DNA of 64,000 nucleotides from Eledone cirrhosa (lineage: Eukaryota), in assembly GCA_964016885.1 (NCBI GenBank), contig OZ024748.1, forward strand, positions 29,822,001-29,886,000, read 5' to 3'. How positions within the stretch are numbered: the first letter of the stretch is position 1; every line of letters begins with the position of its first letter. The position numbers and the translations under genes were made by a program. Shown piece by piece: positions 54,159-64,000 of the stretch. The notes under the pieces were generated by a model. That model was given only the letters and a program-made list of their open reading frames with translations. It ran no database searches and had not been told where the DNA came from.

Positions 54159-54160
<2 letters not shown>
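54106..54160 (+). ncRNA. Type I hammerhead motif
   Basis: UAUCA-CUGAUGA-U-GUCACA GGUG UGUGAC-GAAA-GAACU-U-UGAUA, plus AUAGU/ACUAU extension. Confidence 0.75.
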
Positions 54161-54191
<31 letters not shown>

Positions 54192-54404
54192 TTTTTTTTT
54201 TTTAACCGTTGGTCAATCAATGTTAAACATTGATTGCCAGATAAATTAACTATAGAGATATAAAAAAAAGGATACAGAAGCGAAAGCCATTCCAAACCAA
54301 ACAGTGTTTTATTATAATTTCTGGCAAATATTATAAGAAAAGAGTTTTTACATACATATATATAGGGAGAAAAGTTCACATTTTTGTCTGTAGTTTTCTT
54401 TCTT

Positions 54405-56045
54405 TCTTAGTGCCCTTACAACCTAGCCAAAAGGATCTATAAAACACTATCTGATAGAAACACCTGTTACATACGACTAGAAGAATTAAAGGACACACTC
54501 ATTAGCAGGAATTACCCACCATCCCTAATTAATAATGGATTCCAACGTGCCCTAAAACTCAACATCCAGGAACTTAGACATCCCAAACCAAAGAATAAAT
54601 CGAAACTGAAAGCCCTACTATACATCTCCACACACAGCCCCCTTAACAATGAGGCCTTCGACACTATCCTCCAGAACATACCTTTACTAAAAAGAGATCT
54701 AAGAATGAACCAAATCCTTCAAACGCACATCATAAATAGCAAAAGACAACCCAAGTCAATGAAAAATTTTCTAGCACAGGCCAAAGTCCAGTCGTCCATA
54801 ACAACGAAACCAACAGTAAAAAAATGCGGAAGACCCAACTGTGGTATATATGTCAACCTAATAGAGGGATCGGAGTTCTGCTTCAAACAAGGGCAACGCT
54901 TTACAGTGAAATACAATTTCACATACGCATCAGAAAATCTTATATATGTATTAACTTGCTCAGGCTTTCGAGAGCACTACATAGAACAAACTAAAAACAG
55001 TCTTCGTCAACGTATGGCCGTTCATAGATCCCAAATTAAAATACGGGAATACAGAAAAATAGCACTGAGTGAACACGTTGCCACCTGCGCCTCTAATGAA
55101 CAACCCAACTTCAGAATGTTTCCCCTCTACAAATTTAAAGACAACGCTTCCTACATTCAGCGCATTAACAAAGAATCACACTTTATTACTAAATACGAAC
55201 CCCTTTAAATGCATCTGCCACAGACGAAAGTGCAACGAGCACCCAACATTAACACCAATGGACAAATTAATAAAGATAGTATTTCCTTCCTAAGGAAGAT
55301 AGATCTCTTCAGTAACAATCCCACTTCAGGTCAATTTTTTACACCAATGGACAAACTAAGAATGCCAGTATTAAGAAAGATATATGTAGATACAATTACT
55401 CCCTCAGTCAACTTTAAGTCACTCTACCATTTAGGTCAGTCCCACGGACAGCTCCCTTTACTACTATTAATACTGATACTATTACTACCACACCTCCTCG
55501 TCGTCTCCTTCTGCTTCGCCCATCCCTCCTTCGTAGTTCCCTTCCTTCTTTACTATAACGCTATTATTACTACCACACCTCTCCTTTCTTCTTCTTCTTC
55601 TTCTTCTTCTTCTTCTTCTTCTTCTTCTTCTTCTTCTTCTTCTTCTTCTTCTTCTTCTTCTTCTTCTTCTTCTTCTTCTTCTTCTTCTTCTTCTTCTTCT
55701 TCTTCTTCTTCTTCTTCTACAGACGAAGTCAACACCAAGAGCATAGAACTAACTGGTTCTCCTACCTCTGCTACTTTCACTACCACTGCTGCAGTTATAG
55801 TCAACACCACCAAGAAGGAGAAAAAGAGAGAAAGCAATAAACAAAAATCTGAACTCTTCTATATATGTGTATGTAACCATGTTATTTTATAACATATTCT
55901 TATTATTATACAACTTCACTCCATTATAAATTTTATTATACACTTCTGTAGCATCAAGAAGCCCAACAACTCTTGGCTGAAACCGGTACGATAAATTCCT
56001 TTTTTTGTAAATAAATGTTCTGCTGTTATTTTATGAGAAAATCAC
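54405..56045 (+). mobile_element. PLE 3' part (GIY-YIG frame 54705-55208) with (TTC)n in the 3'UTR and a decayed HHR near 55951-55992
   Basis: SKRQPKSMK, CGRPNCG, NLIYVLTCS..HYIEQTKNSLRQRMAVH; remnant AAGA-A-GCC..GGC-U-GAAACCGGUA. Confidence 0.75.
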
Positions 56046-56071
56046 ATTAGCATTTTCTACTGTTTTTTTCT

Positions 56072-56170
<99 letters not shown>

Positions 56171-56174
56171 ATAA

Positions 56175-56228
<54 letters not shown>

Positions 56229-56248
56229 CACACACACTCATACACACC

Positions 56249-56293
<45 letters not shown>

Positions 56294-56319
56294 CATAGAT
56301 GTATATATATATATACACA

Positions 56320-56405
<86 letters not shown>

Positions 56406-56466
56406 TATATATAGATATAGATAGGTAGATATACACGGGTGTGTATGATTGTGTATAGAAGATTAT

Positions 56467-57245
56467 ATTAATAAGAGGAATTCCAACTTTGTCTGATTTA
56501 CTCGTTTTATTTACAATCCTTTAAAATATATAATGGTATTATAATGAAATAGTATGATAGAATATTAAATTCTAAGTGTTAGTTGAACAAGTACTTTCAT
56601 GCTTTCGCAATCTTCAGGTTCATAATATGTGGTGACAGTCGAGTTTGCAATTTTCAACTGTAATGAGATGGGTAAATTTCCTACCTTTTATACATTTTAT
56701 ACAACATTGTTGTTGTTGTTGTTAGTGGTCGTGGTCATAGTGGTAGTAGAAGTAATACCCCTAGGCGTTATTATTGTTCATTTAGCTTGGGTTTGAATTT
56801 ATCAATAAAATTCTTTTCTTTGATTTTTCTCTTGATTTCACTTGGGCTGTGTAATTTGTAGAATGGGAATATTATAAATATTCCCTGACCACATGTTGCC
56901 AGGTGGCCGCTTAGGGGTATCTGACGGACATTTGTGTCTCTGATTTGTTGACGGTGTACCCGTGCACGTTCCGATAGTGCATTTCCAGTTTGACCGACAT
57001 ATAGTTCTTCACAATTCGGGCATTTGGGAATATTTTTCCAGTTTTTGTTTTCATATATTGACCGGCGTGTATGGATTGACATGTGCCGCATCGACTATCA
57101 TTGCATTTAGATACAGTGAATGATTGGTCTTTGTTGTTAAGGTCAAACTTTGCTTTTGTTAGTAATTGCTTCAAATTTTTTGGCTGTCTTTTACTAAGAG
57201 TCAAAAATCGATCTGTGATTAATCCTTTTAATTCATTACTTTGAT
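56467..57245 (-). mobile_element. 5'-truncated PLE (GIY-YIG end plus pLTR)
   Basis: SKRQPKNLKQLLT, CNDSRCGTC, CPNCEELYVGQTGNALSERARVH. Confidence 0.85.
56584..56622 (-). ncRNA. Type I hammerhead motif
   Basis: Reverse complement of 57639-57677. Confidence 0.75.
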
Positions 57246-57248
57246 ACT

Positions 57249-57287
57249 AGGGGTACTACTTCTACTACCACTATGACCACGACCACT

Positions 57288-57320
<33 letters not shown>

Positions 57321-57795
57321 AATAATAATAATAATAATAATAAAAGTGATGTTGATGGTGATGATTAATAGAAAATGCTATTTTCATCATTTCTAAACAT
57401 AGCAAAGCAATTGATGCTTCGGATATGTTCATTGGTCGTTAGCATGCTCAACCAGCCGTGACGCTTAAACCAATCAGCTTTAGTAATTCAGTGAAACTAC
57501 ACACTGATTGGTCGAAATACAGTTTACAGGGCTTAGCATTCTGGAGCCACTTTTCTCTGTATAAAATGTATAAAAGGTAGGAAATTTACCCATCTCATTA
57601 CAGTTGAAAATTGCAAACTCGACTGTCACCACATATTATGAACCTGAAGATTGCGAAAGCATGAAAGTACTTGTTCAATTAACACTTAGAATTTAATATT
57701 CTATCATACTATTTCATTATAATACCATTATATATTTTAAAGGATTGTAAATAAAACGAGTAAATCAGACAAAGTTGGAATTCCTCTTATTAATA
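57249..57795 (+). mobile_element. Inverted pLTR at the 5' end of the PLE at 56467-57245
   Basis: 57249-57300 and 57557-57795 are reverse complements of 56706-56763 and 56467-56702. Confidence 0.85.
57639..57677 (+). ncRNA. Type I hammerhead motif
   Basis: UGAAC-CUGAAGA-U-UGC GAAA GCA-U-GAAA-GUACU-U-GUUCA; palindromic AGUACU stem III. Confidence 0.78.
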
Positions 57796-57900
57796 TATAC
57801 ACATATATACATATATGTATATATATGTATATATATATATATATATAAATATATATATATATATTATATATATATATATTATATATATATATTATATATA

Positions 57901-57977
<77 letters not shown>

Positions 57978-58459
57978 TGTATATATGTATATATGTGTAT
58001 ATATATATATATATACATATATGTGTATATATATATGTATATAGTATATATATATATATGTGTGTGAGTGTGTGTGTGTGTGAGAGTGTGTGTAGTCACA
58101 CGCACATTTAGGTTTGCAAATTATACCACTGTAATCTGACAGAGAGAGAACAGGCTTTAAATGTCAAGTAATTTTAAACAAAAATAGCCAGAAAATACAC
58201 CCAACCACCACCATCATACCACCATCGTCATTGCCACCATTATACCACCGCTACCACTGCTCCCGTCATCATCGCCTCACTACCATCACCGCCATCACAA
58301 CACTTCACAACTATCAGCGCCACCATCACCACCGCCACGCCACCATCACCACACCTCACTAGCATCACTACACTACCATACTACCAGTACCACACCATCA
58401 TCGCCATCTCAAGTACTTTTCAAGTATAATGACATCGTAGAGAAAACCTCTAGCACCAT

Positions 58460-58475
58460 CTTGTTGTTGTTGTTT

Positions 58476-58510
<35 letters not shown>

Positions 58511-58578
58511 CTTCTTCTTCTTCTTCTTCTTCTTCTTCTTCTTCTTCTTCTTCTTCTTCTTCTTCTTCTTCTTCTTCT
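58460..58578. repeat. (TTG)n(TTC)n compound microsatellite
   Basis: Seen directly in the sequence. Confidence 0.9.
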
Positions 58579-59265
58579 ATCACGCAAACATCATACCAAC
58601 AGAAATATTTATTTTCCTGTTGCACGAGCCAACAATTTTATGTGGTACTCTTATGTTAAATTATGCGAAACCACAGCCAGTCTGAGAGCTGAAGAGGTTA
58701 AAAGATGTTTATGTGATCTTGTCTGGTCCATTTTCTTCCTTTCCCACTTTCTTCCTCTCACTTCTGCGGGTCAGCACACTTCTAGCCGCTGGTTTCTGTC
58801 CTTTGATCTTTGATCTTTGATCTGTCCACAGTCTTACATCTTCCTACTAATACATGGTTATAGTTTCTATTCCTCTTCTCTAAACTTATCATTCTTTATT
58901 TTTAATGTGTCCTTAGAATCTTGTCAATCTTTTTTTTCTTGTCCTTCCTTTTCTCTTTTTTAGAATCATTCACTTTATTTTTGACTAAAAAGCAATATTT
59001 AATCATCTCCTCTTTTCATTAATGATCTCCCTTTGAATACTATTTACTTCTTCAATTTCAAACCAACACAAAATGGTTGCTATAACGCTTTTTACACTTC
59101 CTACCTTTTAACATCAACATTCCAGTAGGTTTTTCACTTCGGTGATATGTCCTGATTTATGAGTTAATATGTTATAAAGAATCTTTTTTAGGCTCTGATG
59201 ATGATACTGACACATATTTATTTATTTTTAATATACTAATATCGCTTTATATACGATATCTCAAC

Positions 59266-59353
<88 letters not shown>

Positions 59354-59583
59354 TTCGTTTCTGAATTGGCAACATGACCCTCCCAAAGTATAACAATATA
59401 TATATATATATATAGTTAAAGAATGAAGATTAACATGATTGGCTGTACAATAAGGGCTTTATTTAAAGTGCTGACAATTGTTTCGTTGATCAGGTGGGTC
59501 TAAAGTTCGCTAAAAAAAAAAGCCCTACGTTAAAACTATCTCACAACTTCTAACTGGATTACCTATAACGATAACTTGTTATC

Positions 59584-59675
<92 letters not shown>

Positions 59676-59849
59676 CGTTTCTGAATTTGTTTAGCAAGAT
59701 TCTTTATCTGAAAACGTGTGTTGAAACCGATATTGTTATACTTTGGGAGGGTCATGTTGCCAATAAGAAACATACGCACCAGTTGCTTTCACTTCAATTT
59801 ATTATAATAAATTTATAAATTTAGGAATTTATAAATTTCTGGTTGGTTG

Positions 59850-62445
59850 GTTGGTTGGTTCCACAACCAGATAGTTGTTTATATATTGTCAAAGTTCTTT
59901 CGTCACACATTCTGTGACCTCTTCAGTGACTGGGGATTCTTTTCTTTGTTTTTGTGCCTCTCCTTTGTTCTGTCCTACGCCATTTTGTTTCTGTGTGTGT
60001 GTTGTGTGCTCAGTCTGCGCATGCGCCACATCCGGGTGTCTGTGTGTGTTTATATTCGTTTATTTATTTGTTTATTTACATGTTACCGGTTGGTTGTTTG
60101 TTCTATGTGCGTGTGTGTTTTCATTTTGTCCTTAATTGTAAGTTGTGATGTTGCTGTTCCACTCATATTTTCTATTTAATTTTGGTTGTAATTCTTTTAT
60201 GTTTATTGTCTCTGTGATTTCTCTAAACATTGCGTCTTTTCTGTGTGTAGATTCTATTTTCATTTCTATGTTCTCTAATTTACCCTTATGTTCTATTTTA
60301 GCATGTTGGTAGAGTACAGATGATTCTTTACTATCTTGAAGGTCTCGCCAGTGTTCATTTATCCGTTCCCCTACACTACGAGCTGTCTCACCTATGTACA
60401 CTATATTTTTGTCTCTACATTGTCCTTCAGTACATCTTATGCTATATACTACATTTCTAGTTTTACAGTTAATATGGGGGCTTATTTTACAGGTTATACA
60501 TTTCTTATCTATACAGGGGGGTCTTTGAAAAGGGTATGTCTTGCTAATAAGTGTTTTTACGGAGGTACCTGGTCTTTCTACTATCTTAATATTGAGTTTA
60601 TGTTTATCTAGGGCCCTTCTAAATCTGTAAGCTAATTCACCTCTAGGGGTTGTATCGATGAACATTACAATCTGGTATTTATTGCTATCATACCATGAGT
60701 TTATTCTATTAGCCTTATTCCTAGTTCTTTCTATTCTATTCCAAAATTTGCTCCTATACAAGGGGCAGGTCCCATTTGTGTCATTATTTACCATTTTTTC
60801 CCATTTGGTTCTGGCTCCTCTATACACTCTGATTCTATCTCTCTGATTGTAACCAGAGAATGCATACGGTGGATGAAGTGTTGTATGTGTCTCTCTAGTT
60901 CTTCGGGGTTGCACATGCGGGACACGTTTCTCATCACCCGTACCAAATCCGCAATCAGTATGTTGATTTTGGTATGGTCCGAAACAGCTGAGTTTCGGTG
61001 GATCAGATGTTTGGAAGTCATGGGTTTGGCATAATGGGAATGTAGGATTTGTTTTTTGTTATTAATGGTATCTAACCAGAGCTCTGTGTCTAGTACAGGT
61101 AATCGATGGTTGGGGTGTTTACTTGGGTAGTCTATAGTAACTCTAATACTCTGGTGGATGGAGTTAGCTATTTGCTGGATGCTTTCCATTGTGTTTTTCT
61201 CTAGTTCCTGACTGTTCTCTAGGGTGTCTTAACTACGATGTTTATATCATCAACGTAGTGGGAGTACATTATCAGGGTTAAGGGGTCTTCTAATTGTTCT
61301 TTAAGTTTAAGTTTAAGTCTACTGTCCCACCATACCATGAATAAGTTAGCTATGTCGCCTGCAATGCTAACACCAATGGCTGCTCCTTCCTCTTGGGCTT
61401 ATGTTTTTCCATTAAATTTGAACATATGTTCCTTATGGGTTAGTTTTATGCTGGCCCCTACCACATGTGCAATCATTTTCTTCAGTTCATCGTGGTTTTC
61501 GGGTGTCCGTATGGCTCTGGTCCACCCGTTCCATCTATCTGTGTGGGTTTTCTTGGCCATTGAGGTAATAGTAGGTGGTCTGCCTCTTGCTGGTCTTGTA
61601 GGTCACAGGTTGCTAAGGTCATATGTGTCTAGGTAATTATTACTATAGGTAAGTTTAAGTAGGAGTCCCAGCTCACTGGTATCAATCCCACGGAACTTAA
61701 CATTGCTCTCACTGATCATGTCTACGCATTTCTCCACAGCAAAATCCACCTCAATAGATGGATACAGGGACACAACATCCATACTACCTATTATGCAGTT
61801 TGTTAGGTCCCTAGATCGGTTACTCTCGTCGATTCTGCTGAGGATGTCTTCCGTGCTGTCACATACATCTGGGGAGATTTCAATGATGGGGCGTATGATC
61901 AGGGAGAGGAAGTAGGACAGTCTGTAGTTACTAGCAATGTTAGCTCCACAGACTGGCCGTGTTGGTGGTCCCGTGACAGGGTCACTGCCCGTTTTATGGT
62001 CTTTTCGAAACCCATACAACGCCGGCACGTCATTGTTCCAGGCCTGGAAGTTGTTGGCAGTCCTTTTGTTGGGCTGCATTATATTCGTCCACATCACCAT
62101 ATGGGCATTGAGGGCTTTTTCTCTATCCTCATGATCCTGTGGTGTTACCTCTCTTGTGTTAGTGATGTGGGGTTGCATTGCCTGGATGTAGTTTGGCAGG
62201 CTGTCAACCGACATTCTTCCAGACTTGTCTGTTGGAAAGCATGCTATCTCTCCATTACGCGAGCGCTGCATGAGTTTACGCAAGCCATTTGCAGATTTTT
62301 CTCCCAGTTGCTGGGCCTCCATTCTATTATGCTTCTTGCTATACTGTTCTATAATATTTCTAAGTTCGGATCTAGCTATACTAAATTGTGCTTCTGTTTG
62401 TTCATCGACCTGCGACGGCAATTGCGTGCGTTTGTTAAATGGTAG
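59850..62445 (-). mobile_element. PLE, disrupted RT + GIY-YIG, lacking the N-terminus
   Basis: PTDKSGRM, LYGFRKDHK..PTRPV, GSMDVVSLYPSI, YVDDIN, LPVLDTE, VVYSIRC..VYIGETARSVGERINEH; stop at 60132. Confidence 0.9.
59888..59930 (-). ncRNA. Type I hammerhead motif
   Basis: GUCA-CUGAAGA-G-GUCACA GAAUG UGUGAC-GAAA-GAACU-U-UGAC. Confidence 0.75.
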
Positions 62446-64000
62446 AGAATTAAGTCATCAAGAAAAACATAAGCGTAACCTAATACAAGAAATAACTAAG
62501 ATCACCACACCAAGAGAAAAACTAGTATTTATAAGCCTTATACGTCCCGAAGAACAGTACATTGATCAAGAATGTGATAAGCACTTTAACAAGAAACTAA
62601 AGTGGCTTGAGTAGATAAAACTAAATCAGGATACTGTAGAGAATACCAATAGATATCCCGACAAAATTGACGGTATAAATATGGCCGACACCTCATTAAC
62701 AGATGAGTTCAACAACAACAACAACAACACAAATATACACGGCAACACGGCAATAGATCCTGATGAATTATCTGTATTACAACTTCCACCTAAGTATGCG
62801 ACATTCAAGAAGGTAAATATGATTAGTTGTCTGTCAGAAATAGAAAAATCATTTACAAAATTACGTTGGCGCCTCAAAAACAAAAACAAAAGTAACAACA
62901 TACGCACACACATATACAACACACATCCCAACAACAACAGACACACAGACACAAACAACAATAACAACAACACACACACCAACAATAATAACATACTCAG
63001 AAACAACAACAGACACGCAGACACAAACAACAATAACAACACACACAACAACAATAACACACACGGAGACAACAACAACAACACACATCAACAACAGCAC
63101 ACATCAACAACAACACACACACATTCAATGCCTCTCACCACCACCACAATCTTAACAAACACACAGACACAGAAAACAAGTAATGACAGTAGCACAGAAA
63201 TCACAGAAATAAGGGAAAGTAATAGGATTAAAAAGAGAAGGGAGACTATGGACAAAGAAAATAACCAAGACGAACACACAGACACACAAAATAGAGTAGA
63301 TAATAACAATGAGCCAGTGGAAAGAGACAGGAGTAATAATGAGAGACATAGAAACAACCATGAGGCTGTTGGTGGAAATAGAAATAGAAACAACACAACT
63401 AACAATAACAATAGCACTAGTACACATAAAGCAGCAGCCTGGAACTCTACTTTTTATAATCCCTCCGATAAGTCGTTCGACCTACGACGAGTCCACGCCA
63501 CGACTTTACCATTTAACAAACGCACGCAATTGCCGTCGCAGGTCGATGAACAAACAGAAGCACAATTTAGTATAGCTAGATCCGAACTTAGAAATATTAT
63601 AGAACAGTATAGCAAGAAGCATAATAGAATGGAGGCCCAGCAACTGGGAGAAAAATCTGCAAATGGCTTGCGTAAACTCATGCAGCGCTCGCGTAATGGA
63701 GAGATAGCATGCTTTCCAACAGACAAGTCTGGAAGAATGTCGGTTGACAGCCTGCCAAACTACATCCAGGCAATGCAACCCCACATCACTAACACAAGAG
63801 AGGTAACACCACAGGATCATGAGGATAGAGAAAAAGCCCTCAATGCCCATATGGTGATGTGGACGAATATAATGCAGCCCAACAAAAGGACTGCCAACAA
63901 CTTCCAGGCCTGGAACAATGACGTGCCGGCGTTGTATGGGCTTCGAAAAGACCATAAAACGGGCAGTGACCCTGTCACGGGACCACCAACACGGCCAGTC
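62441..64000 (+). mobile_element. PLE N-terminal region and start of RT, running off the window; head-to-head with its near-identical copy
   Basis: ELSVLQLPPKY (PLE LxLGPKF-like), low-complexity insert, then 63506-64000 is the reverse complement of 61953-62445. Confidence 0.85.

Noticed and set aside
58200-58400. His/Thr/Pro-rich coding-like stretch
   Set aside because: Degenerate (CAC/CAT)n repeat with no ORF or splice support.

Overview
Eukaryotic, gene-free, almost entirely repetitive window. The tRNA/Deu-type SINEs, dense (TA)n/(CA)n/(AAT)n/(CATA)n microsatellites and retroelement mix suggest a mollusc, probably an octopus or other coleoid cephalopod; this is inference, not proof. It holds about nine Penelope-like element (PLE) copies or fragments (RT + GIY-YIG), most with a hammerhead ribozyme (HHR) motif in the 3' pseudo-LTR (pLTR). 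It also holds a full-length but disrupted Tx1/L1-type LINE with three relatives, four RLE-type (R4/Dong-like) LINE copies, RTE LINE fragments, a family of short non-autonomous RTE derivatives, two SINE families, and mariner, hAT, MITE and Gypsy relics. The most striking signal is a pLTR copy at about 25.7-26.1 kb with roughly 38 clustered A-to-G changes on the + strand in both arms of a potential hairpin, avoiding As preceded by G. It looks like an ADAR hyper-edited RNA that was reverse-transcribed back into the genome. Other points of interest are variant-core hammerheads, apparent partitioning of microsatellite types among retroelement classes, and repeated inverted duplications centred on (TA)n. 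All alignments and folds were done by eye, and element boundaries are approximate. No host protein-coding gene was identified.
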